Shown: positions 21,768-32,335, counted from the stretch's first letter. The stretch is DNA of 64,000 bases from an uncultured Methanomassiliicoccales archaeon (GCA_963755265.1 CAVWKV010000131.1:14986-78985); one strand, 5' to 3'. Numbers and translations: made by a program. Notes: a model not told the origin generated them from the letters alone.

Positions 21768-24229
21768 TCAAGTCCCCTGGCCGATATCGTCGTCCTTCTT
21801 ATCGTCTACGGCTCTTGGGATGGTGAAGAAGAAGGTTGAACCTTTACCTTCCTCGGACTCAACCCATATTCTGCCCCGTGCCGTTCGACGATCTTCTTGG
21901 CGATGGCCAGACCGATCCCCGTGCCAGGAAAGTCGGCCCTGGTATGAAGTCTTTGGAACATCTGGAAGATCTTATCCGCGTACTTCATGTCCAAACCGAT
22001 GCCGTTATCTCTCACGGCAAAGGTCCATTCCCTCGGCCCCACGGATGCAGATATGTGAACCTCAGGACGTTGTTGGCCATGAAATTTGGTGGCGTTGCCG
22101 ATCAGGTTCTGCATCACCTGCAAGATCTGCAACTCGTCAGCCTCTATGGATGGCAGCGGGTCGACGATAATGATCGCTTTGCTCTCTTCGATCTGGACCT
22201 TTAGCAATAACATCGTCCTTTCAACCAGTTCATTCATTTCCACCGATACGAATGGGTTGCCTGCGGAATCCACTCTTGAATATGCTAGCAGGTCATCGAT
22301 CAGATACTTCATCTTCTTTCCCCCACTCACGGCGTAATCGATGAACTCCGATGCCTCGGGATCGAGCTTATCCTTGTATCTCCGCTCTAAGAGACTCAGA
22401 TAACTGATGACCATCCGGAGAGGCTCCTGAAGGTCGTGTGACGCGACATAGGCGAACTGCTGAAGTTCGGCGTTCGATCGTTTCAGTTCCTGGGAATATT
22501 CTTCGTTCGCCTTCAGTGCCCGCTTCTGCTCCGTTATATCCACGTGAATCCACAGCCGGCCAACCGATTTTTCCCCAACACTTATCGGAATGAAATCCCT
22601 GAGAAAGGTCCGCTCTCCTCGCATCTCAACCTCCTCGCCGATCACTGGCTGCTTCAGTCCGACGATCTCGCCTATTCGGGCGATTGCTTCTGCTGGTTTC
22701 GCGTAAGATGGCTTGATCTTCTCAATGATATTTTCTGCGGTCATATCCTCCAGATCGGTTGGAGCATCATTGAGACCAAAAAGGTCGCAGAATGCCTGAT
22801 TGACGAATTCCGTTCTTTCTTCGTCCGTGACCAGAAGTATTCCAGAGCTCATGCTCGAAAGGATGCGATAGAACCGCTCCAAAGTGGTTCGGATCCTTTC
22901 CTCAGTTTGCTTCCGTTCCGTGATATCCGCGCTTGTGACGATGACCTGATCGTGCCCGAGGGGGATCAGGGTTATTAGATAGTCGTGGTCATCAATATTA
23001 TAGCGCCTTTCAACGGATATGGTCTTGCTCAAGCTTATCATGGTCTTGACATCATCGAGCGATGAGGCGGAGATGTCTGGTCCCAGGAACTCGCTATACC
23101 TCCTTCCTCTCACCTCTTCGATGGAACTCGCCTTCCAAGCCTTGAGGCTGGCCGGATTTGCGTCTAACAGGATCTGGTCGATCGGGACCCCTTGTTCGTC
23201 AAATACTAACCGGCGCAGTGTGACTGTCCCCGGAGTGTTCTCGAAGATTCCGCGGTACTTCGCTTCATTCTCCCTGAGCGCCTCCTCGGCCATCTTTCTC
23301 GCTGTTATGTCCTGGCCCTGGGCGATCGTCATTAGAACCTTGGAGGTGCCCGGCGAGTACAACGTTGCGGAATTCCAAAGGACCATACGAACAGATCCGT
23401 CCGTTCGCCGGATCGGTATATCAACAGAATCCCAATGCTCTCCTCTGCTTGTTCGAGCGATCATTACTAGTGATTTTTCTTTGGTCTCATCGGGAAATAA
23501 GAACTCTAAGGGCCTGTTTATCACATCTGACGATTTATACCCAGTGAGGTGTTCGAAAGCGTGATTGAACCGAGTGATCCTCAATTCCGGATCCCAAACG
23601 ATAATGGGGGCATTGGCATAATTGATCAAGGATTCCAAAGTATCCTTGGTCTCTAGTAATGTTTCTTCCGCCATCTTTCGTTCGGTGATGTCCTCCCCGG
23701 AACTTAGCGTGCCAGTAACTTTACCGGAATCATCCTTCAGGACGGTGTTGTGCCAGGCGATGACCCGTTCCCGGCCGTTGACGTCAACAATCGGGTTCAC
23801 GTAATCACCGATCAGCCCTTCACCGGAGGTAAGTAAACCGAAGAACTCCCGCATCTCCGTTTGGCATCTCTCTGGAATGAAATCAAACCAGTTTTTTCCA
23901 ACCGGAGGAATGGCGTAACCGAGGACCTGACACCCCTTCTTATTGAGAAACTCAATTTTCCCTTCGGGATCCAACCCGAGGATCATTAAGCCGACCAGGT
24001 CCAAGTAGGTCTCGACCCTTTTGCGCTCATTTCTGTGCTCATTTTGCGTTAGTTTTAGGGCTGTAATGTCCACGTCTGAGGTTACGAAAGTGTCCGTACC
24101 AGGCGCTACAACTTGCATCTTTTGACCTGACCTTGACGCGGTCATCGGCTCATTCTTACCCTTTCGTGACATAGGACAGATAGCCTCGATCACCGATTCA
24201 GGGGAAGGCCGATCCGTTTGTTTGATCAT
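21768..24229 (-). CDS. Multi-PAS sensor histidine kinase (frameshift in G run near 21875)
   Basis: Four PAS/PAC units; [12 protein letters not shown] and GTGIGLA. Adding one G restores [22 protein letters not shown] with stop at 21768. Confidence 0.9.
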
Positions 24230-24562
24230 GTTCCTTCAATAACCGAACTTCTTCCGAAGTATCGATGAGCTAGACTAGATTGCTCCATATTTGATTGTTA
24301 TCTTCAACGGGTTTTCGAATGATGATGTACGAATTACGGTTGAAAAAGTTCAATGACGAGCTGGACCATTTCGTCTGAAAAGCATATTTCCGCCCTGATT
24401 ATCAACGACGCACTTTACCCACCTGTCGGGGCTACAGCTATTACCTGCCTTAGGCCGTCTTTTATCATGCCCGACCCGGCCATTGCAAAAGGCAAGCTCT
24501 ACCTACGAACATCGGATGGGTGGGAAATGGAGTGCCGGGCCTTATCATCCAGTATCAATTCC

Positions 24563-24772
24563 ATGACATGGATAATAATTGCGTTAGTCGTTGTTGCGGC
24601 CGTTGTGATCGTAGTCGCTGTCCTTTTCGCGGGTCGGAGATCTTTAGCACCGTCTGAGTCAACGGCCCAGACCAAGTTCATAGAATGGACCGGCCAGATT
24701 GCTCCTATCTGTCCCACATGTGGACGGATCAATGATGGCTCGATGTTCTGCGGGAATTGCGGTAGAAAGTAA
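24563..24772 (+). CDS. Small membrane-anchored zinc-ribbon protein
   Basis: N-terminal TM helix, then CPTCG-x7-FCGNCG. Confidence 0.65.
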   Translation: MTWIIIALVVVAAVVIVVAVLFAGRRSLAPSESTAQTKFIEWTGQIAPICPTCGRINDGSMFCGNCGRK

Positions 24773-24780
24773 GGATAAGG

Positions 24781-24880
24781 ATGGTGATTGAAACGGTAAA
24801 ATGTAACAATTGCGGACTTAAAAATCCGGAGGATCCAAAGTTTTTACGAGAATTGTGGAAAGGAATTATTGTGGCTGCCA
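24781..24880 (+). pseudogene. Degenerate zinc-ribbon gene
   Basis: CNNCGLKNPEDPKF, then YENCGKEL in the shifted frame (expected FCxNCG). Confidence 0.45.
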
Positions 24881-25075
24881 CCGGCGTTGTGGCAATCAAT
24901 CTAATAAGTCATCCAAATCAACGCTTTATGTCCATATTGTTTTTACAGCCAGTCAGACGGCTACCTCGACATCTGCGCTCTTATGGATATCCATACATCC
25001 ATTCTTTATAAATCAGGGGGAATCGATAAAAAGAATCAATAATTAATTAATTTAGGATGGTCGAATAAGAAGCAT

Positions 25076-25330
25076 TCAAGATCTCAAGAAATCTCTAAGC
25101 TGGCTCTCAATCATGTTCCAGGTGAGGAGTAATGGTTTTTCAGTGATCGTGACGAAAAGGATGCCCTTATCCACGCTGTAAGTACCGATCAGTCTTCCAC
25201 CCATGATCCTGCCTGAGAACTTGCCCTTGGATCCGTCGCCGATGAATGTAACTCCTTGCTTGGCCGCAATTGCTTTCGCCTGTTTCAACTTCTCTTCCGG
25301 ATCCCCTGAAAATTTGATCTGGTATTGCAT
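25076..25330 (-). CDS. Hypothetical protein (small alpha/beta)
   Basis: Clean 84-aa ORF with an AT-rich promoter region upstream. Confidence 0.65.
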   Translation of the reverse strand: MQYQIKFSGDPEEKLKQAKAIAAKQGVTFIGDGSKGKFSGRIMGGRLIGTYSVDKGILFVTITEKPLLLTWNMIESQLRDFLRS

Positions 25331-25596
25331 GGTCGACTTGAGCATTAATTTCTAATGGATATAATATATTTGTTATGTCACCGACTGAAAAGCATCAATA
25401 ATCATTATCTAGAACTGCCTGGAAAGAAATCAGACTAAGCCTCAACTCAGGGATTTTACTTTGGACAATTGTCAACAGCGGTAATATCTAATCATCGAAA
25501 GGTGGAGAGTGAAATAGATTCACACAGATTTATCTGAAAATTGATTATTCCATCTATGGAAAGTTATTAACGCTCACAGCTCGCCTATTTTTAAAC

Positions 25597-26595
25597 ATGA
25601 AGATCGCAGTCCTAGGAGCAGGCGAAATGGGTAGGGGCCATTTATCGGCATATGCGAGAGATGATCGGGTGGAAATCGTCGGGGTTGCGTCAAGGACAAG
25701 CTCTTCAGCCAGGGCATTGGCAAATGAGTTTGACATCGAGAGCTCGACCGACCCGATGAAATTCATCTCGGATGATGGGATAGATGCTATCGATGTCACA
25801 ACGCCGACAGCGTTGCATAGGAAGTGCGTAGAGGCTGCCTTGCGGAACGGCAAACATGTGTTGGTCGAATCCCCTATGGCAATGGATGTCTCCGAAGCGG
25901 AATCGATGGCCGAAACGGCGGAACAATCGAAACGGATACTCATGGTGGCCGAAAGCGGTAGGTTCGTTCCGGAGAGGGTCAGGATAGAGAATTTGACTGA
26001 GGAAGAGATGTTCGGGAGACCGCTGGAGATATATGCTTCGGTCCTTACGAAACCATACTGGGAAAACAGGGATTTTGCCACTTTCGGGGAGCCGTTACTA
26101 GAAAAGATGATCCACGATTTCGATTTCTTCAACTGGATCGTGGGCCAACCAGTCATCGTGCAATGCCTTGGCTCCGAAGGCGGAAGCGGTAAGGTCGAGA
26201 GGGCGTTTGTTCACCTTTGGACCGCTGACGGTGTTCACGGGGCTATGGAGTTGAACGTCGATATGCCGGCGAGCTATCCATACACATCGCGATTGCGTAT
26301 CCAATACGAAGAAGGTGTGCTTGAATCAGATTCATGCATGTGCGACCCGGAACCGGTGATCTCATTGACATCCTATTCTAACACTGGTTCAGCGCAGGAG
26401 CTGGTCGTCGGCGACATTAGCGCATTCAAGGAGGAATGCTCCTACTTCGTCTCCTGCGTGGAAAAGAAGGCCGATCCCGCTTTCCTCGGCCCTCGAAATG
26501 CCATCATGGCATTGCAGGTCGCCCAGGCGGCGAGAGAATCATTCCGCATCGGCAAGGCCGTAACGATCAGGCCGATGCAAGTGATGTTATCATAG
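25597..26595 (+). CDS. Gfo/Idh/MocA family oxidoreductase
   Basis: GAGEMG Rossmann motif, TPTALH, KHVLVESP, IHDFD. Confidence 0.9.
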   Translation: MKIAVLGAGEMGRGHLSAYARDDRVEIVGVASRTSSSARALANEFDIESSTDPMKFISDDGIDAIDVTTPTALHRKCVEAALRNGKHVLVESPMAMDVSEAESMAETAEQSKRILMVAESGRFVPERVRIENLTEEEMFGRPLEIYASVLTKPYWENRDFATFGEPLLEKMIHDFDFFNWIVGQPVIVQCLGSEGGSGKVERAFVHLWTADGVHGAMELNVDMPASYPYTSRLRIQYEEGVLESDSCMCDPEPVISLTSYSNTGSAQELVVGDISAFKEECSYFVSCVEKKADPAFLGPRNAIMALQVAQAARESFRIGKAVTIRPMQVMLS

Positions 26596-26606
26596 AAATG
26601 ATGGGT

Positions 26607-26639
26607 AAGGCGGGGAGAACGGGGCAGAACCCCCGCCTT
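26607..26639. terminator. Stem-loop between convergent genes
   Basis: AAGGCGGGG ... CCCCGCCTT 9-bp stem. Confidence 0.5.
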
Positions 26640-26839
26640 GGGATGGTTGTTCATAGTAAGGGATGGGCCGATGCATCCTCCCCTGGTTTGGTTATAGAGC
26701 TTCGGACCCCATGCGCCTTCTGCGCACGCCTTCTTGAATCATAGTAAGCGTCCGACCTTTAAATACCGAAGCGCCGGAGGTGAGCGAAAGTAGTTGTGCC
26801 CTGAGATTTGATGGCCAAAGAAAATTACGCCGAAAGTGA

Positions 26840-28594
26840 CTAGGCCGATTTCCTTTTATGCCGGATACGGACAGCCTCGCCCTTGGCGCTGTCAGCCATC
26901 TCTGCACCGGACATCATCGCCACGCCGACCGCCTCCACCTTTCCCTTGCGCATGATTATGGCCTCATCGCCGATGCGAATGTCTGGGGTCGCGCTTTCCA
27001 CGCCTACCGCGAACAGGTTACCGGTCATCTCGAAATCCTTCATGTTCACGATGAATTTGCCAGATGGAGCTATTCTTTCCGCTCCGTCCAACGTGAGCGA
27101 TATCATGCCTCGATCTGGTGTTAGCATGCCCATCTGTGTCCGACCGGACAATATGCGCGAGTAGGGATAGCTGCCAGACACTTCACATCCCTCTGTAAGC
27201 GCCGCACCCACCTCGCCGAACTGAAAAATGGCCGACGATCTCATCGAACTTGCCCGATCCACTCCACGACCGACACGGGGATACTCAGAACAGTATTTCT
27301 TTAGTATATCGAACAGACGGTCCAGCGAGTCCTTGGAAGTGCAGCTAGCCGATCTTGTCGTATCAACGAACTCGTCCAATGCCGGCATCACGAACTCGCT
27401 CTCATCCCCCAGATGGCAGATTATGTGATCGTAACCGAACGAGACGATGTGCTTCACCATCTCCTGAACCATGGCCACTTCCTCGCGGTCCCAGTGACCT
27501 GTCACAGGGATGTCGTACTGGGCGGCGGGATAGTATAGCTCTAACTCCCTAGGCACCGTGCCTAACGGTGAGGTTATGATGACCTCGTGCACGACATCGA
27601 AGTTGCTCAGGGAGGTCAGCACGCGCTTGAACGCCTGATGGCTCTTCGACGAGGAATACGGTTTTTTTGCCGAACACGGGATAAGGAGCAAGACCTTCTT
27701 ATCGGCCGGTCGGACATATCGTTGCATGATCCTATTCCGGTATCTTACGATGTCCGGCCGGGTCAGCGACTGCTTGGCGTTGCAATAGAATCGGGGACCG
27801 ATTACGGGGAAAAATTTCTCTTGGAAGTCGTGATAACTTTCGTCAAATACACGAAGGGCGGCCACTAACCAGGGAGATGCGTGGCTGCGCATCTCGACCA
27901 ACTCCCGAAGTCGTTGCTGTCCGATCATGTGGCGGACCAACTGCAGTTCTTTGACTGCGTGGTCCAAGCTGAGAGCGAAAGATTCCTCGGGCGTCGTCGC
28001 CCCGACCCATTTCGAGTCCTTGGAGGATATCGTCCCTTCGGCCATGCTTACTTCCATCCGGGAAGAGCGGTATTGCAGCAGCGACGTGTCCATAAGGTCC
28101 ACGCCCATGTAAGTCAAGAGCGCTAGGTTGCTGACGTCCATCATGCCCGGCGTGTAGACCAAGCGTTTGTGCCCCGCAGCCCCCCGTATCGAGACCATGG
28201 CCGCCGCGAAATGCCTGGCGTCCCGTCTATACTCGAAAGCGTTGCCCAGGACGATGATCTCGGAATTGGTTGCCTTCACCTGCTCGGCAATGGCGCTCGG
28301 GTCCCCCCTGACGACGACAACGCCGGTTCCTTCGATGCTGCCGAAATCGGTGTGACCGCCGCGCATCTGGGAGAGCGGTGGATAGAATCCGTCGGGGACT
28401 AAGATGTCCCCATTGTCCTGCCCTTCGGCTGCATGGAGACTGTGCGTGTCGCCATTGTCCGTAAGAACGAGATCATAACCATAGAGCTTGGCCGAGTCCT
28501 CGGTGAGGATGACATTGGGAGTGAGCGTCCTGAAGGACGACTCGGTCCACCTTGCGCTTCGTCCGACACCGGAACGGCCCAGCACCTCGAGCAT
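26840..28594 (-). CDS. arcS: Archaeosine synthase subunit alpha (TgtA2/ArcS)
   Basis: Degenerate TGT N-terminus, PCSAKKPYSSSKSH, TSPLGTVPRELE, YDIPVTGHW, C-terminal PUA domain. Confidence 0.92.
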   Translation of the reverse strand: MLEVLGRSGVGRSARWTESSFRTLTPNVILTEDSAKLYGYDLVLTDNGDTHSLHAAEGQDNGDILVPDGFYPPLSQMRGGHTDFGSIEGTGVVVVRGDPSAIAEQVKATNSEIIVLGNAFEYRRDARHFAAAMVSIRGAAGHKRLVYTPGMMDVSNLALLTYMGVDLMDTSLLQYRSSRMEVSMAEGTISSKDSKWVGATTPEESFALSLDHAVKELQLVRHMIGQQRLRELVEMRSHASPWLVAALRVFDESYHDFQEKFFPVIGPRFYCNAKQSLTRPDIVRYRNRIMQRYVRPADKKVLLLIPCSAKKPYSSSKSHQAFKRVLTSLSNFDVVHEVIITSPLGTVPRELELYYPAAQYDIPVTGHWDREEVAMVQEMVKHIVSFGYDHIICHLGDESEFVMPALDEFVDTTRSASCTSKDSLDRLFDILKKYCSEYPRVGRGVDRASSMRSSAIFQFGEVGAALTEGCEVSGSYPYSRILSGRTQMGMLTPDRGMISLTLDGAERIAPSGKFIVNMKDFEMTGNLFAVGVESATPDIRIGDEAIIMRKGKVEAVGVAMMSGAEMADSAKGEAVRIRHKRKSA

Positions 28595-28663
28595 ACCGCT
28601 CTGATGCGGCTCCCGGATAAAACGCTTGCTATGATAGGAAACGGGGAAAGAAGGAAAGAGATT

Positions 28664-29032
28664 TCAGAAGGTCGTGACCAAATCGTGATCGGCAATGATC
28701 CTCCTAGCCTCTTTCCAGTCGATTGCGGTGACGCTCTCAAGAACCGCGACGTCCCCGACCCGCTCCCGCAGGTCATCCTTCACGCAGTAGACCTTGGCCT
28801 CGAAGTCCAGCAAGTCATTGAGTGAGTCCGCATTGGATGGCATCATTAATGACTCCGGCTTTTGACCAGCGACGGCGTTCAGCGTACCGTCGCCGACCAG
28901 AAGGATGTTGCATTTGGATATCATGCCGCCAGCCAATTGGGAAAGCGCCAATCGCGCCCCGGCAAACCCTTCTTCATAACCATAAGGGGCCTTGGTTATC
29001 AACACCAGGACACTTTGTGCCATCTTGCTCAC
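28664..29032 (-). CDS. DsrF/TusC-like sulfur relay protein (DsrE family)
   Basis: TKAPYG, LLVGDG, DDLRERV motifs; overlaps the upstream gene. Confidence 0.75.
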   Translation of the reverse strand: MSKMAQSVLVLITKAPYGYEEGFAGARLALSQLAGGMISKCNILLVGDGTLNAVAGQKPESLMMPSNADSLNDLLDFEAKVYCVKDDLRERVGDVAVLESVTAIDWKEARRIIADHDLVTTF

Positions 29033-29385
29033 CTCGCAATGGTGATCATCCGGTCGCTCTCTGCCACGAACCTGGTAAGGTCGTTAGCGAGGCTTCCCTG
29101 CTTCCCACCCGGGATCTCCTCGCCCCGGTTAAAACCACGCGCCGCGCAACAAGTATTGCAAACCGCAATCTCCAGTCCCTTCTCGGCCAGTTCCTTGGCC
29201 TCGTTCCCGACGTTTGGGAACCGTTTCGGTTCCTGACCGTTCTTGATCAGCCACACGCCCTCTCCGTAGCCGAACATCCTTACCCCATAACCTTTTGTCA
29301 GGGCCGCGGAGGCCAGCTTCATAGCGACGTTTGTGTCCATGTTCATCATGGTGCCGCTCCTGATCTGTATTGTCAAAGTCTTCAT
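29029..29385 (-). CDS. DsrE/TusD-like sulfur relay protein
   Basis: FGYGEGV and VCNTCCAARG with the conserved active-site Cys. Confidence 0.85.
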   Translation of the reverse strand: MKTLTIQIRSGTMMNMDTNVAMKLASAALTKGYGVRMFGYGEGVWLIKNGQEPKRFPNVGNEAKELAEKGLEIAVCNTCCAARGFNRGEEIPGGKQGSLANDLTRFVAESDRMITIAR

Positions 29386-29393
29386 TATTTCAC

Positions 29394-29699
29394 CTACAGA
29401 GTGATGGTCTGGTCGAACTGCTCCATGATCAATTCGACCGCCTCTGGATATTCGATCTCCTTGAACCCGGTCATGGCCTTCCCGCCGAACCCCTTGGCCT
29501 GCAGGTCATCGCTCATCACGAAGACCTCCTTAGCCGACCTGAGCAACCTCTGGCCTTGTTGCTGGTCAACTGCATAATAGGCGGCGTCCTCGAACAATAT
29601 AGCGGCCCGCTTAGAGTCGCCTGCGATCTTGTCGATCATCTCCAACGACATTCCGAACTCATGGGGTGACTTGAACAGGAGGAAGAGTATTGATGGCAT
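29394..29699 (-). CDS. DsrH/TusB-like sulfur relay protein
   Basis: KSPH, LFEDAAY, DDLQAKG, IEYPEAVELI. Confidence 0.75.
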   Translation of the reverse strand: MPSILFLLFKSPHEFGMSLEMIDKIAGDSKRAAILFEDAAYYAVDQQQGQRLLRSAKEVFVMSDDLQAKGFGGKAMTGFKEIEYPEAVELIMEQFDQTITL

Positions 29700-29708
29700 G
29701 GTCGCACC

Positions 29709-30122
29709 TTAGCCGATGAACAACGATATGTCGCCGTCCGCCGCTATGTCCATGAAACCGGCTGCGCCCAATATTTTGACACCCTCGACCATGTCCTCCT
29801 TCTTGATCCGCATCAGGGCCATGGTAGTGCTGCACGCATAGATGTTCACGCCCAGATCGAGGGCCATCGCCAGCTGTGCCGAGTAGTTGTCGATCCCGAC
29901 CGCCTTCATCCTCTTGACGAACACTCCGGTAAATAGGCGCATCATGCCCCCCAACTTCGGTACCTTTCCCTTCTTTAGCAGGTTCAACCCGAAGAACGTG
30001 TGAAACACGTGCACTTCCATACCCATGCTTGCCGCCGTGTTCGCCATCATCATCGACATCATCGCTTTGTCGAACTTATCCTCCGACACAACGATCACCA
30101 GTCTCTTCGCTTTCTCAGCCAT
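29709..30122 (-). CDS. DsrE2/DrsE-like family protein
   Basis: AASMGMEVHVFHTFFGL, YACSTTM, GAAGF. Confidence 0.85.
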   Translation of the reverse strand: MAEKAKRLVIVVSEDKFDKAMMSMMMANTAASMGMEVHVFHTFFGLNLLKKGKVPKLGGMMRLFTGVFVKRMKAVGIDNYSAQLAMALDLGVNIYACSTTMALMRIKKEDMVEGVKILGAAGFMDIAADGDISLFIG

Positions 30123-30162
30123 TTGAATCACCTTATCATTGACACGATCAGGGACCTATCCT

Positions 30163-30393
30163 TCATACCAGCCTCTTGATGTAATAGTAGAATACGCCAT
30201 TTTCCTCCCTTGATTCAAGGAGCTGGTTGTTAGTCCTCTTGCACCAGGCCGGTACATCCTCCTTGGAGCCTATGTCATCCGAGATCATCTCCAGGACCTT
30301 TCCCACCGGGAGTTCTTTCATCTTCTTAGCCAGTTTTACTATCGGCATCGGGCACATGAGGCCCTTGCAGTCCAATGTTTCATCCTTCTGCAT
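30163..30393 (-). CDS. tusA: Sulfur carrier protein TusA/SirA family
   Basis: LDCKGLMCPMP (CPxP) and DVPAWC. Confidence 0.9.
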   Translation of the reverse strand: MQKDETLDCKGLMCPMPIVKLAKKMKELPVGKVLEMISDDIGSKEDVPAWCKRTNNQLLESREENGVFYYYIKRLV

Positions 30394-30411
30394 TCTTGGT
30401 CCCCTCGGTTA

Positions 30412-30460
30412 TGCACGGTTGTGCAACAATCTTATATAACTGCAAGTTAATAAGACTTGC
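30412..30460. promoter_or_regulatory. Divergent promoter with two palindromes
   Basis: TGCAC-GGTT-GTGCA (30412-30425) and GCAAGT-N7-ACTTGC (30442-30460) flank TTATATAA (30432-30439). Confidence 0.5.
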
Positions 30461-30480
30461 TGTTACTCGGAAGGAGGAAC

Positions 30481-30858
30481 ATGCTCCCGGAAAAGATGAT
30501 TCACAGCGTTTCAACCTGCAAGGATCTGGTCCAGTGCGCGTTCTCATTGAATGAGTTCGAGGTCGAAGTATTTAATCGTTTGACCGATTCCGGAGCGAAA
30601 AGGGCGGACGACCTCGCTGACCTGATAGGGAAGGACAGGTCAACGGTATACCGCGCCCTGCAGAAGCTTATGGCCTGTGGCATAGTCTTCCGTGAGACCA
30701 AGAGCATCGAACGCGGCGGCTACTATCACATGTACCGGGCCATCAGCCGGAACGAGCTGAAACACAAATTGGAGCAGTGCGTCGACGACTGGCATGAACG
30801 GATGCAGCAAGTCCTAGCTAAATTTGGGGAGTACTCACCGAACGGACCAGTAAAGTGA
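30481..30858 (+). CDS. TrmB-like winged-HTH transcriptional regulator
   Basis: DRSTVYRALQKL helix, GGYYHMY wing, N-terminal CKDLVQC; GGAGG RBS. Confidence 0.85.
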   Translation: MLPEKMIHSVSTCKDLVQCAFSLNEFEVEVFNRLTDSGAKRADDLADLIGKDRSTVYRALQKLMACGIVFRETKSIERGGYYHMYRAISRNELKHKLEQCVDDWHERMQQVLAKFGEYSPNGPVK

Positions 30859-30947
30859 CACAGGATCGGCCGACCCCGAGGCCGTAAACGTGCCAGCACG
30901 TCTGCCAAGGGTAATATATGCCCCGTGGGCATACCGTTTCCGAGACC

Positions 30948-31880
30948 ATGAGCTTCAAGGGTTTGGACATCGTTTCTATCAGAGACCTCAGCAAGGAGCA
31001 GATCGACACAGTCCTGGACCTTTCCGAGAAGATGATCCCTTACGCCAAGGGAGAGAAGTTCACCAAGGCCCTGGACGGGCGAATATTGGCGAACCTGTTC
31101 TTTGAGCCCTCTACCCGAACCCGGATGTCTTTCGAGTCGGCGATCGCCAGGCTTCACGGGAGATCCATCGACATGGGCGTTCCGTCAATGACATCCATGG
31201 TCAAGGGCGAGACATTGGCAGACACCATTCGCATGGTCGAATCATATTCTGACGTCATTGTTCTGAGGCACCCTCATGAAGGGGCGGCAAGATTGGCGGC
31301 CAGGTTCTCTTCCAAACCGGTCATCAATGCAGGGGATGGAGCAGGCCAACACCCGACCCAGACACTGCTCGACCTGTTCACGATACGCCGGTCGAAGAAA
31401 TCCATAGATGGCATTAAGGTGGCCATGGTAGGTGACCTAAAATATGGTCGGACCGTTCATTCACTGGCCGAGGCACTGACGATCTTCGGGGCGGATCTCA
31501 CGTTCGTGGCCCCATCGACATTGCAGATGCCTAAGGAGACATTGAAGCAAGTTGAGAAGTACGGTGGGAAGCCGAAGCTCAAGTCCAAGCTGTCCGAGGT
31601 CATCGCTGATGCCGACGTCCTGTACATCACCAGGATCCAGCGCGAACGGTTCCCGGATGTGGCCGAATACCAGAAGGTGGCAGGCACGTACCGTGTAGAC
31701 AACTCGTTGCTGCGCGAGGCAAAGAGCGACCTTATCGTAATGCATCCGCTGCCCCGGGTGGATGAGATCGCACCGGAGGTCGATTCAACACCGCACGCCA
31801 AATATTTCGAACAGGCCTTCAACGGTGTGCCGGTGCGAATGGCGTTGCTAAGCCTGCTCCTCGGAGGTGAGCTGGAATGA
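30948..31880 (+). CDS. pyrB: Aspartate carbamoyltransferase catalytic subunit
   Basis: FFEPSTRTR, HPTQTLLD, MHPLPR. Confidence 0.98.
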   Translation: MSFKGLDIVSIRDLSKEQIDTVLDLSEKMIPYAKGEKFTKALDGRILANLFFEPSTRTRMSFESAIARLHGRSIDMGVPSMTSMVKGETLADTIRMVESYSDVIVLRHPHEGAARLAARFSSKPVINAGDGAGQHPTQTLLDLFTIRRSKKSIDGIKVAMVGDLKYGRTVHSLAEALTIFGADLTFVAPSTLQMPKETLKQVEKYGGKPKLKSKLSEVIADADVLYITRIQRERFPDVAEYQKVAGTYRVDNSLLREAKSDLIVMHPLPRVDEIAPEVDSTPHAKYFEQAFNGVPVRMALLSLLLGGELE

Positions 31881-32335
31881 AAGAGTTTAAGGTTACGCCG
31901 ATAAGGAACGGGACGGTGATCGACCATATCGATTGCGGCATGGCGCTGAAGGTGTTAAGGATAATAGGATTGAAGGAAGGTAAGGTGCAATCCCCCGTTT
32001 CCGTGCTCATGCATGTACCCTCGAAGAAGGCTGGATGGAAGGACGTTGTCAAGGTCGAGGACCGTGAGCTGGACTCCAGGGATGTGGACAAGATCGCGCT
32101 CATTTCGCCAAGGGCGACCATAAACATCATCCGCGACTTCAATGTGGCCGAGAAGCACCATGTCAGGCTCCCGGATGTTGTTCGCGGGAAGGCCAAGTGT
32201 GGCAATCCGAACTGCATCACAAACCTAAACGAGCCGGTCGAGCCAGAGTTCGTCGTAGAATCGAAGAACCCGCCTGTTTTACGATGCATCTACTGTGACC
32301 GGATCGTCGAGGACATTGGAGAGAACCTGTTGTGA
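31877..32335 (+). CDS. pyrI: Aspartate carbamoyltransferase regulatory subunit
   Basis: GTVIDHI, CGNPNCIT, CIYC. Confidence 0.97.
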   Translation: MKEFKVTPIRNGTVIDHIDCGMALKVLRIIGLKEGKVQSPVSVLMHVPSKKAGWKDVVKVEDRELDSRDVDKIALISPRATINIIRDFNVAEKHHVRLPDVVRGKAKCGNPNCITNLNEPVEPEFVVESKNPPVLRCIYCDRIVEDIGENLL

